Shown: positions 56,052-64,000 of the stretch, piece after piece
How positions within the stretch are numbered: the first letter of the stretch is position 1
Layout of the letters: each line of letters starts with the position of its first letter
Source: Rickettsiales bacterium
GTDB lineage: Bacteria > Pseudomonadota > Alphaproteobacteria > Rickettsiales > SXRF01
Direction: 5' to 3'
Assembly: GCA_041396965.1 (NCBI GenBank)
Contig: JAWKXN010000001.1
Coordinates: 462,058-526,057 of the forward strand
DNA: 64,000 nt
The notes under the pieces: model-generated
Databases searched by the model: none
Told to the model about the DNA's origin: nothing
The model's input: only the letters and a program-made list of their open reading frames with translations
Position numbers and translations under genes: made by a program

Positions 56052-56471
56052 ATGACAACAAAAAATGCCACTGAATATAAGCCTTCTGAAAAAGAAGAGT
56101 ACATGAATAAAAAGCAGCTTGAGTATTTTCGTAGTAAGCTGATGGCTTGGCGACAAGAACTAATAGAAGAATCGCAGGAAACTATTGATAATCTAAAGGA
56201 AGAGAATTGGCATGAAGCCGATTTATCCGATCGTGCTTCCCTAGAGACAGAAGCGGGTGTTGAGTTGCATACCCGTAACCGTTACCTAAAGCTCATTGGA
56301 AAGATTGATTCAGCTTTGCGTCGGATAGAGGATGGAAGCTATGGTTATTGTGAGGAAACCGGAGAGCCTATCGGTATTAAGCGTCTAGAAGCTCGCCCAA
56401 TAGCAACCATGACCGTAGAGGCACAAGAACGTCATGAAAAGATGGAAAAGCAATATATTGAGGAAGACTAG
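56052..56471 (+). CDS. dksA: RNA polymerase-binding transcription factor DksA (only one of the four zinc-finger Cys retained)
   Basis: Has the coiled-coil with the DxxDxA-like tip ADLSDRASLE. The C-terminus GYCEETGEPIGIKRLEARPIATMTVEAQ aligns with the C4 finger of E. coli DksA but keeps only the first Cys. Confidence 0.85.
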   Translation: MTTKNATEYKPSEKEEYMNKKQLEYFRSKLMAWRQELIEESQETIDNLKEENWHEADLSDRASLETEAGVELHTRNRYLKLIGKIDSALRRIEDGSYGYCEETGEPIGIKRLEARPIATMTVEAQERHEKMEKQYIEED

Positions 56472-56560
56472 TCCCTTTTTATGTGCTGCGAAGCCACAGC
56501 CTACATTTGAGGGGATGGGGGTTAAGTAAGCCTGTCCAGAGGATGGTGACTTGAGTATTC

Positions 56561-57597
56561 GGCATAATTAAAAAAGTGTGATGCTTTTTAGAAAGAATTG
56601 AGGAAAGCTTTTATAGCTTTTTTCTTTCTATGGAGTTTCAACCCACGGTGGATATTTATTCTTTCCTTGAGGTGAGAGAAGAAGCCTTCTAGATGGTTGG
56701 TTGTTGGCGGAATATTCTGTTCTGGAAATTCCTTGTATGTAAATAGCCTGTGCAGATTTTCTTGCACGGAATTATATGCAGAACGCGTCCTTCCGTGCGT
56801 AAATCTTCCACCCTTTTTGGCATTCAGGAATCCTTTGTGCTGCTCTGCCAGAGCGTAAAATTGAGCCACAAAATCTTCTGGTTCGGTATTGCATAATTTT
56901 TCCATCAACTCCTTCAAATCCTTTGCAGGACGGAGCTTTGGATTATTTCCAGTATATCGCCTTACAATCGCTTTTTGATGGAAAATACACATTTGAATTG
57001 GTACTCCACCAAGTGTTTTTCTGATGTTTTCATAAAACCCTTTGCGCCCATCAATGGTCACTGATTTGAAGCAATATCCTGCCTGCACAAGCTCATGCAA
57101 AGCTTCACGCAAATGCTTCACTGATTCGGTTTTGATCTCTTGGTAATAAATGATTCTGCTGCCATCATGCGCACAGAAATAGCCATATTCTCTGCCGAAG
57201 AAAGACGCATCCATGAGCAGGTTAATCGCTTCTTTTGAGGCAGGAAAAATTAATCCTTCTGCCCACTCAAGAGCATCAAATTCCTTGGTGAGCTTGGGGA
57301 TGGAAATATCAAGAATGCTAGCAATTTCTGCTAGTGTTCGGCGTTTGTGCAGCCAGTCTAAATAGTAACGCTTATAGTCGGTTTTTTTGCCGCGCTTATC
57401 AACCCATTGATGTAAGCACAAGTTGCAACGATACCGTTTACGACCACGCAATTTGCCATTGCTTTTTATGCTGCTCAAACCGCATTTTACACAGCGTTTT
57501 TAGACACTTTTATAATCCTTTTTTAAAAATACAGTATATCGCATTGTTTTATAAAGCAATTATGCAGATTCTAGCATCACACTTTTTTAATTATGCC
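56561..57597 (-). mobile_element. IS1595-family insertion sequence (1037 bp) with perfect 25-bp terminal inverted repeats and an 8-bp target duplication
   Basis: The left end ggcataattaaaaaagtgtgatgct (56561-56585) is the exact reverse complement of the right end agcatcacacttttttaattatgcc (57573-57597). The direct repeat GAGTATTC flanks both ends (56553-56560 and 57598-57605). Confidence 0.8.
56588..57478 (-). CDS. IS1595-family DDE transposase (start uncertain, possibly N-terminally damaged)
   Basis: The C-terminal TNHLEGFFSHLKERI motif and the candidates LMDASFF and VTIDGRKG fit a DDE triad. The ORF-track start is a TTG. The in-frame codons just upstream read KRCVKCG and follow a TAA directly. 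Confidence 0.7.
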   Translation of the reverse strand: MSSIKSNGKLRGRKRYRCNLCLHQWVDKRGKKTDYKRYYLDWLHKRRTLAEIASILDISIPKLTKEFDALEWAEGLIFPASKEAINLLMDASFFGREYGYFCAHDGSRIIYYQEIKTESVKHLREALHELVQAGYCFKSVTIDGRKGFYENIRKTLGGVPIQMCIFHQKAIVRRYTGNNPKLRPAKDLKELMEKLCNTEPEDFVAQFYALAEQHKGFLNAKKGGRFTHGRTRSAYNSVQENLHRLFTYKEFPEQNIPPTTNHLEGFFSHLKERINIHRGLKLHRKKKAIKAFLNSF

Positions 57598-57618
57598 GAG
57601 TATTCCTTTGGCTGTGAC

Positions 57619-58134
57619 CTATATATATTCTGGTTTTTCTATTATTATATAGCCTTTTTCGGCATTTATTTCTTTTACCCATTTTTTGTCAAACGGCATA
57701 ACTTCAATCTCGCCAGAAGTTGTCTCTATCTCCGCTATATCGCCAGCTCCATAATCGCTCATATTTTTTATGATACCAAATTCTTGATTGTTGGTAAGAA
57801 GCACCTTAAGACCAATAAGATCCCGATAATAAAACTCTCCTTCTTCAGTATCAGGAAACTCATCAACAAGCGCAAATAGCTCAGTTCCCTTAAGTAATTC
57901 AGCTTGATTACGGTTATTTATACCATTTACGCTCACTATAAGGCTGTTTTTCACTTGTGATATGAATTCAATCTTGAATTCTTTATTGCCACTTGAATCT
58001 AGTAATGTTTTGCTAGTAAGAAAAAAACTGTGATTTTCTATAAAAGAGAAGATTTTAACATGTCCTCTAATACCATGTGCCGCAACTATAGCCGCTACTT
58101 TAATTAGGTTGTTCAGGTTGTTACCCCTCATCAA
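57619..58134 (-). CDS. rimM: 16S rRNA processing protein RimM
   Basis: Shows VAAIVAAHGIRGHVKIFSF and a PRC-barrel C-terminus. It lies directly downstream of rpsP. Confidence 0.8.
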   Translation of the reverse strand: MMRGNNLNNLIKVAAIVAAHGIRGHVKIFSFIENHSFFLTSKTLLDSSGNKEFKIEFISQVKNSLIVSVNGINNRNQAELLKGTELFALVDEFPDTEEGEFYYRDLIGLKVLLTNNQEFGIIKNMSDYGAGDIAEIETTSGEIEVMPFDKKWVKEINAEKGYIIIEKPEYI

Positions 58135-58142
58135 GGAAAAGA

Positions 58143-58466
58143 CTAAGCCGCAGCCTCTTCTTCGCCACCTTTATCTTTCTTGGCTTTACGCAAAGGTTTG
58201 AAGGCTGGTTTAGTGTCTACAAGACCGGCTTTATTGAAGAATAGGTGCACACGGTCGGAAAGACCAGCGCCAACTGACAACCAATATTTCGCGCGCTCAT
58301 CATTTATAACAATCCTCTTCGGATTGTCATTATCTAATAACGGATTGTAACTTCCTATTTTTTCTATAAAATTACTATCACGCGCACTCCGTGAATTAGT
58401 GACTATTATATGGTAGTAAGGACGTTTTTTGCTGCCGCCTCGTGACAATCTGATTTTTGTAGACAT
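58143..58466 (-). CDS. rpsP: 30S ribosomal protein S16
   Basis: The sequence is MSTKIRLSRGGSKKRPYYHIIVTNSRSARDSNFIEKIGSYNPL. Confidence 0.9.
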   Translation of the reverse strand: MSTKIRLSRGGSKKRPYYHIIVTNSRSARDSNFIEKIGSYNPLLDNDNPKRIVINDERAKYWLSVGAGLSDRVHLFFNKAGLVDTKPAFKPLRKAKKDKGGEEEAAA

Positions 58467-58588
58467 ATCTTCCTTTTGATGATTTCAAGTTTTTTCTAAG
58501 GGACGCAATTTATAACAGTAATTAATTATTACGTAAAGTGAAAAAATACTGGGTGTTTTGCAAGTAATTTTTTATTTAATTGATTGTT

Positions 58589-60859
58589 TTACAAGACTAT
58601 TTTCCTATCTTTCGTATAATTTGATAGATAGGAACGGATATTTTTTTTGTTACTTCTTTCGATATATGATACATAGTCAGACACTTCTTTTACCGACAGG
58701 CTGGTTATCATTGCCTTTAACATTCCTATATTTCTTTCAGGAGCTGATATGCTTCTTATTCCGCAGGCTATTAATACCAGCGCCTCTATAGGTTTTTGTG
58801 CCATCTCACCGCAAAATATCACCTCTTTTTTGTGCTCATCAGCCTTTTCTACTATCTGTTTTATAACCCGTAAATTGGTAGGTGAAAGATTGTCGTAATA
58901 ATTTGTCATATGCGTAGAATTACGATCACAGGCAAACATAAACTGAAACAGATCGTTGCTGCCTATAGATATAAAATCAGCTTTTTCCATCAACTCATCA
59001 AGTTGCCATAGAAGAGAAGGTATCTCTATCATAACACCGGTTTTAATTGAGCGTGGAAGTTTTTTTCCAGTTATCTCAAAATTATTTATTTCATTTTTCA
59101 GTATATTTTTTATTTGTTCAAACTCACTTATTTGCGCGATAAACGGCAGCATTATGTGAAGATTTTTTTCAGAAGCGGCACTTAGCATCGCCCTAAATTG
59201 TGTTCTGAATATACCAGGTCTATCTAGACCTATTCTTGTCGCGCGCCACCCCATTGCGGGATTTTCCTCTTTTTCTGAGTGTAGATACGGTGTGCTCTTA
59301 TCACCACCAATATCAAAGCTACGCAATATAACCCGTTTATCACCGACATTTTTATATATGCTTGAATAAATATTCACTTGTGTTTGCTCATCAGGAAAAC
59401 TGCTTGATGTTATGTATGGTAGTTCAGTTCTGTATAATCCTATTCCATCAACTCCCTCATGATTTATTATTTCCTGATTTATCATTAGTCCACTGTTGAT
59501 ATTAAGGGATATCCTAACACCATCTTTACTTATCGCCTCAACATTTCGTAATGATTCATATTCTGATTCTTTTTTAGATAAGATAGCGATATTTTTATCC
59601 ATTATCGCTTCTATATCCTCGCTCGGTCGTACGTATATATCAGCTCTGTCAGCATCTACTATTAGCATGTCGCCATTTCTAATAAGGGAAGTCGCTTTTT
59701 GCGCTTTTATTATAACCGGGATACTCATGAAGCGAGCTATAGTGGTAGCATGTGAGTTTGAGGCCTCTTTTTCTATTACAATACCTTTAAGTCTGGAGTG
59801 GTCATAGCTAAGTAGTTCCGCGGCGCTTATGTCTCTAGCTACCAAAATAAAGGACTCAGGGAGGTCTTTGTTAATAGGGCTGAATGATTTACATAGTAAA
59901 TTTCGTAGAAGGTTATCCGATAACTCATCCAGAGCATAAATACGCTCGTTGATATGAGGGTCAAAGGATTTCTTGATAATTACCTGTAGCTCGTTCTGAG
60001 TTTTTCTAATAGCCGCTTCTGCGGTGAGTCCTGATTTTATAGCGTTATTTATTCTATCTAGCCAGTCATGGTTTCTAGTAAATAGCATATATGACTCTAT
60101 AAGCTCATTATGTTTATTATTATTAACAACCAATTTTTTTAAGTAGTTCTTGAAAGAAGCTTTTAAGTCCTCCATCGCTTCATAAAAACGTTTCTTTTCA
60201 GATATTATGTCAGCGGCTATGTGCTGCTTTATATCTATTTGTGTTTGATGTAAAACAGCGCTTCCCTTTACAACTCCACCACATAATGATATGCCACTTA
60301 TTTGTTGCGATGAAAGACCTCCAGTAGCGTTATTTATCTCATATATATTTATTAAATTGCCAGATATGGCTAGTTCGGAAAGAACCATAGAAACAGTTTG
60401 TAACAACTCTATCTGTTCATTGTTATACTCTTTTTTTTCTATACGTTGTAGGGTAACAACACCAATAACCTTGCTATCTCTAAATATAGGGACAGCCATA
60501 AAGGCGTTGTATATTTCCTCTCCTGTTTCTGGAAAATACTCATATTTCGGGTGAGAGGTTATATCCGAAATATTTACCGGTTCAGCGTTCGCTGCGACCA
60601 TCCCGATTATACCTTGATCCATATTTAACTTTGTAGAATGTACGGACTTTTTATTAAGACCTTTACTGGCGAATAGCTCCATTATGTCACCAGCCCTAAG
60701 TAGGTAAACCGAGCATACTTGTGACGCGAAACCTTCAGCTATGATTTCAACTGTTCGGTCAAGACGCTTCTGTGCGCTATCATTAAGTGATATAACATCA
60801 CGAATCTGACGTAATATTGATAGAGGTGCCAGTGGCAACTTGGCTATTTTACCACTCAT
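58589..60859 (-). CDS. ptsP: Phosphoenolpyruvate-protein phosphotransferase EI-Ntr (GAF + PEP-utilising domains)
   Basis: Has an N-terminal GAF domain, the phospho-His region SNSHATTIARFMSIPVI and a C-terminal PEP-binding TIM barrel (FISIGSNDLFQF). The start was moved to ATG 60859, which follows a GGGAGG RBS. Confidence 0.85.
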   Translation of the reverse strand: MSGKIAKLPLAPLSILRQIRDVISLNDSAQKRLDRTVEIIAEGFASQVCSVYLLRAGDIMELFASKGLNKKSVHSTKLNMDQGIIGMVAANAEPVNISDITSHPKYEYFPETGEEIYNAFMAVPIFRDSKVIGVVTLQRIEKKEYNNEQIELLQTVSMVLSELAISGNLINIYEINNATGGLSSQQISGISLCGGVVKGSAVLHQTQIDIKQHIAADIISEKKRFYEAMEDLKASFKNYLKKLVVNNNKHNELIESYMLFTRNHDWLDRINNAIKSGLTAEAAIRKTQNELQVIIKKSFDPHINERIYALDELSDNLLRNLLCKSFSPINKDLPESFILVARDISAAELLSYDHSRLKGIVIEKEASNSHATTIARFMSIPVIIKAQKATSLIRNGDMLIVDADRADIYVRPSEDIEAIMDKNIAILSKKESEYESLRNVEAISKDGVRISLNINSGLMINQEIINHEGVDGIGLYRTELPYITSSSFPDEQTQVNIYSSIYKNVGDKRVILRSFDIGGDKSTPYLHSEKEENPAMGWRATRIGLDRPGIFRTQFRAMLSAASEKNLHIMLPFIAQISEFEQIKNILKNEINNFEITGKKLPRSIKTGVMIEIPSLLWQLDELMEKADFISIGSNDLFQFMFACDRNSTHMTNYYDNLSPTNLRVIKQIVEKADEHKKEVIFCGEMAQKPIEALVLIACGIRSISAPERNIGMLKAMITSLSVKEVSDYVSYIERSNKKNIRSYLSNYTKDRKIVL

Positions 60860-60976
60860 AAAATCCTCCCGCCTTAGTGCAAAAAGACAGTCTAACTTAA
60901 AACACAATTCAATGAAAGATTATTTGTTGCTGCAATGCCGCAATTGCATATTGCAGCGCAATAAAAATATTGTTAA

Positions 60977-62050
60977 TTACATAATATTATTTGTAGAAAG
61001 ATGGCTCTCCGCCTGTGCTATCAGCTCGTCTATTACCTCTTGCATTGGCTGAATATTTTTTACCATGCCAACACTTTGCCCTGCCATTACTGAGCCATTT
61101 TCTATGTCACCATCAATAACAGCTTTTCTAAGCGCGCCAGCCCAGAAATGTTCAATTTTAAGCTGCGCTTCTTTTTTATCAAGCTCACCATCTCTGAACT
61201 GTTTTATTACCTCATGCTGGCAGCGGATAAAATCATCGGTTGCCTTGTTAGCTAGCGCACGCACTGGTATCACCGGAAAATCAGGATCTATCTGTACTGA
61301 TGAGGTAGCGTCACGTGCCTGTGCCCTGATAAACATCTCCTTGAATTTAGTATGAGCGATGGATTCAGCGGCACAGACAAACCTAGTTCCAAGCTGGACA
61401 CCGCTTGCTCCCATTTCCAGATAACCGGTTATCATCTCGCCACGTCCAATGCCACCGGCGACAAAAACCGGAACATCTGTAATCGCTGGAAGTATTTCTT
61501 GTGCGAGTACTGAGGTTGAGACAGGGCCAATATGTCCGCCAGCCTCTGAACCTTCAATCACCAAAGCGTCAACCCCGCTACGCATAAGTTTACGTCCGAT
61601 AATAGCTGATGGCGCGAAGCCGATAACTTTGCCACCATATTCTTTTATTGTCTTGATTGTTTCCCCGCTTGGAATACCACCCGCTAGCACCACATGCGAT
61701 ACTTGTTGCCTTTTACAAACCTCTACTAATTGTGCCAACTGCGGATGCATTACTATAAGATTCACGCCAAATGGCTTGTTTGTAAGTTTTTTTGTCTCAA
61801 TAATCTCTGTTTCCAGTAGCTCCGGTGGCATAGAGCCACAAGCGATAACCCCGAATGCGCCAGAGTTAGACAAAGCAGATACTAAGTTGCGTTCTGAAAC
61901 CCAAGACATAGCCCCACCCATAATAGCGTAATGCGTGCCAAGAAACTCGGTGCCACGTTTCCATAGATTGTTGAGTTGTGAGTGTTGAGCGCTGAGTTGT
62001 GATTTAGGAGTAGACGAATTCATAAGTTTACCTTCTAGTTCTGCACTCAT
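60977..62050 (-). CDS. Nitronate monooxygenase / FabK-like NAD(P)H-flavin oxidoreductase
   Basis: GGAMSWVSERNLVSALSNSGAFGVIA...EGSEAGGHIG...AGGIGRG is the NMO TIM-barrel pattern. Its start overlaps the lysC stop by 1 nt (TAATG). Confidence 0.75.
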   Translation of the reverse strand: MSAELEGKLMNSSTPKSQLSAQHSQLNNLWKRGTEFLGTHYAIMGGAMSWVSERNLVSALSNSGAFGVIACGSMPPELLETEIIETKKLTNKPFGVNLIVMHPQLAQLVEVCKRQQVSHVVLAGGIPSGETIKTIKEYGGKVIGFAPSAIIGRKLMRSGVDALVIEGSEAGGHIGPVSTSVLAQEILPAITDVPVFVAGGIGRGEMITGYLEMGASGVQLGTRFVCAAESIAHTKFKEMFIRAQARDATSSVQIDPDFPVIPVRALANKATDDFIRCQHEVIKQFRDGELDKKEAQLKIEHFWAGALRKAVIDGDIENGSVMAGQSVGMVKNIQPMQEVIDELIAQAESHLSTNNIM

Positions 62051-63279
62051 TATTCCTTCTCCAACTCAAAAGCGGAGTGGAGAGCGCGTACGGCAAGCTC
62101 GGTATACTCATCAGCTATCAACACACTGATTTTTATTTCCGATGTTGAGATGACCGAGATATTGATATTTTTCTCCGCTAAAGCCTCAAACATGGTGCGA
62201 GCGATACCAGTATGGCTACGCATACCAACACCCACCGCTGATACCTTTGCTACATTACTATCAGTATGTAGAGACTTAAATTTGAGCTTTTCATGCAGGT
62301 TTTTTACTACATTGGTCGCTTTCTCAAGATCAGCTTTGGGAACGGTAAAAGTTATATCAGTCGCTCTGCCACCTTCGGTTACGTTTTGTACGATCATGTC
62401 AACATTTATTTCCTCTTTCGCCAACGAGCCAAATAATGTCGCTGACATACCTGGTATGTTCGCTACATCGGTAAGGGAAATCCTCGCGTCATCACGTGAG
62501 TAAGCGATCCCTGTTATGCGTTTTTGTTCCAAAATATCCTCCTCTTTAACCAGTAATGTTCCTTCCTTATCGCTGAAGCTGCTAAGTACCTGTACGGTGA
62601 CCTCATGATTCATCGCCATTTCAACCGAACGAGATTGTAAAACTTTCGCACCAAGTGAGGCTAGCTCCAGCATCTCCTCATAAGTGATTTTTTTAAGTTT
62701 GCGAGCGGAGGGTACTATTCTTGGATCGGTGGTATAAACACCTTCCACGTCAGTATATATATCACAACGATCAGCTTTAAGGGCGGCGGCAAGGGCTACT
62801 GCTGATGTATCAGAGCCGCCACGTCCGAGCGTTGAGATTCTCCCATGCTCATTTATTCCTTGAAAACCAGCGATAACGATTACTTTGCCTTCGGCTATTT
62901 TGTCCAGCATCACCTTAGCGTCAATATCTTTGATTCTGGCTTTACCATGAGTAGTGTCGGTTCTAAGAGGAATTTGCCAGCCAGTGTAAGAGCGGGCGGG
63001 AATTCCCATTTCATTTAGGCACAACGCCAGTAGACCACTTGTTACTTGCTCACCGGATGATACTATATGATCATGCTCCTCCCATGCCTGCGTCGTGTTA
63101 AGCTCAGAAATCTCTTTGACATATCCCACTAGTTGGTTGGTAACACCAGACATTGCGGACACCACAACTGCTACTTGATTGCCTAGATCCAGTTCTTTCT
63201 TTACTTTGGTTGCCGCATTACGGATGCGCTGTATATCACCAACTGAAGTTCCACCAAATTTTTGTACTATAAGTGCCAT
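62050..63279 (-). CDS. lysC: Aspartate kinase
   Basis: Shows MALIVQKFGGTSVGD and VVVSAMSGVTNQL, with two C-terminal ACT domains. Confidence 0.9.
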   Translation of the reverse strand: MALIVQKFGGTSVGDIQRIRNAATKVKKELDLGNQVAVVVSAMSGVTNQLVGYVKEISELNTTQAWEEHDHIVSSGEQVTSGLLALCLNEMGIPARSYTGWQIPLRTDTTHGKARIKDIDAKVMLDKIAEGKVIVIAGFQGINEHGRISTLGRGGSDTSAVALAAALKADRCDIYTDVEGVYTTDPRIVPSARKLKKITYEEMLELASLGAKVLQSRSVEMAMNHEVTVQVLSSFSDKEGTLLVKEEDILEQKRITGIAYSRDDARISLTDVANIPGMSATLFGSLAKEEINVDMIVQNVTEGGRATDITFTVPKADLEKATNVVKNLHEKLKFKSLHTDSNVAKVSAVGVGMRSHTGIARTMFEALAEKNINISVISTSEIKISVLIADEYTELAVRALHSAFELEKE

Positions 63280-63324
63280 AACCGACTTTATAAACTCATT
63301 ACGAAATCATGAAAGAGCTAACAG

Positions 63325-63813
63325 TTAATATAATTTTTTCAACATTACAAGAGCGTCGGTATAGGTGCCATCAATTTGTCGGTAATAAAGCTTACGGCGA
63401 TCTATTTGTACGAATCCGTTATCTTTATATAATTTTATAGCGACCTCATTACCAACCTCAACTTCAAGTAATAACCTTTTGGCTCCTTCTTGCTTACAGT
63501 TATCAACGGCCTTTCGCAGCAAAATTTTTGCTATACCTTGTCCTTGATAATCAGGAATAGTACCGATAGTAAGTATTTCCGCCTGCTCAAACATTGTACG
63601 ATAAACGATCATGGCTATTGCCGCGTCTGTCATATCTTTCTTTGTACTGTCGATGGCTATAAAAGCAAAAGTATTTTTTACCGAGAAAAAATCAGTAAAA
63701 GCCTCACGCTCCAAATATCTGGGGAAACATTTTTTATGAATGTTAGTAAGTATACTGGAATAGCTCTCGTCAATCTGACGTATAATACACTCTTCTTCCG
63801 GTATTTTTTTCAT
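63325..63813 (-). CDS. rimI: GNAT family N-acetyltransferase (RimI-like)
   Basis: Has acetyl-CoA-binding motif A, DYQGQGIAKILL. It is 162 aa. Confidence 0.65.
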   Translation of the reverse strand: MKKIPEEECIIRQIDESYSSILTNIHKKCFPRYLEREAFTDFFSVKNTFAFIAIDSTKKDMTDAAIAMIVYRTMFEQAEILTIGTIPDYQGQGIAKILLRKAVDNCKQEGAKRLLLEVEVGNEVAIKLYKDNGFVQIDRRKLYYRQIDGTYTDALVMLKKLY

Positions 63814-64000
63814 CTATTGATTTGCAGTTTGAGCTTGCTGTTGCTCGCTCCTTATTCTCGCCACCAGCTCTTTACCCTCTTTAAGGTCTGGTTTTATTGA
63901 TAAGGTTTTTTTAATAGCGTCTATAGATTGTTTTTTCTTTCCAATCTTCAGGTAGCTTTCCGCCAGATAGTACCACGCCATATAGTGATTTTTATTAATC
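63814..64000 (-). CDS. TPR-repeat protein, C-terminal end only (5' part outside the window)
   Basis: The hand translation of the minus strand is INKNHYMAWYYLAESYLKIGKKKQSIDAIKKTLSIKPDLKEGKELVARIRSEQQQAQTANQ*. The TAG stop abuts the rimI ATG. Confidence 0.5.
   Translation of the reverse strand, partial: INKNHYMAWYYLAESYLKIGKKKQSIDAIKKTLSIKPDLKEGKELVARIRSEQQQAQTANQ

Noticed and set aside
57334-57879. Plus-strand 181-aa ORF spanning the IS right end and rimM
   Set aside because: It crosses the IS terminal repeat and target duplication, is antisense to both the transposase and rimM, and has an F/Y/I-rich translation typical of AT-rich noise.
60860-60907. 16-codon N-terminal extension of ptsP (MCFKLDCLFALRREDF)
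   Set aside because: The internal ATG at 60859 is preceded by a GGGAGG RBS that lies within the extension, and the extension has no family-like sequence.

Overview
The window joins two very different kinds of DNA. Nt 1 to about 27,690 is the right-hand part of a GC-rich temperate prophage; a single 60-nt line at 4381 counts about 62% GC. It carries a tape measure gene cut by the window edge, an RcGTA g12-g15-like tail module, DUF2793 and LamG-like fibre genes, a holin plus GH24 lysozyme, an 11.5-kb defence island on the minus strand, an S24 repressor, replication genes and a large serine recombinase. The recombinase ORF runs into a tRNA-Thr(CGU) gene at 27615..27690, which marks the prophage/host junction (attR). 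Nt 27,690-64,000 is AT-rich chromosome; the line at 30301 counts about 30% GC. Its housekeeping genes look alphaproteobacterial and Rickettsiales/Holosporales-like: dctA, rsmI, glnD, a PHA/acyl-CoA cluster, clpSA, sdhCDA without sdhB, pdxH, queD, dksA, rpsP-rimM, ptsP and lysC. This part also holds a RelE/XRE toxin-antitoxin pair, one IS1595-type insertion with an intact target duplication, and intergenic nests of short hairpin repeats. The best candidate for an undescribed system is a tightly coupled four-gene operon at 10802..15177. It encodes SIR2, a HerA-like ATPase, a KTSC-domain protein and a 343-aa PD-(D/E)xK-like protein, that is, a SIR2-HerA defence pair extended by two extra genes. 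It lies directly downstream of, and overlaps, a complete type I R-M system inside the prophage. All functional calls rest on motif and family recognition by eye and on gene order. No database search was possible.
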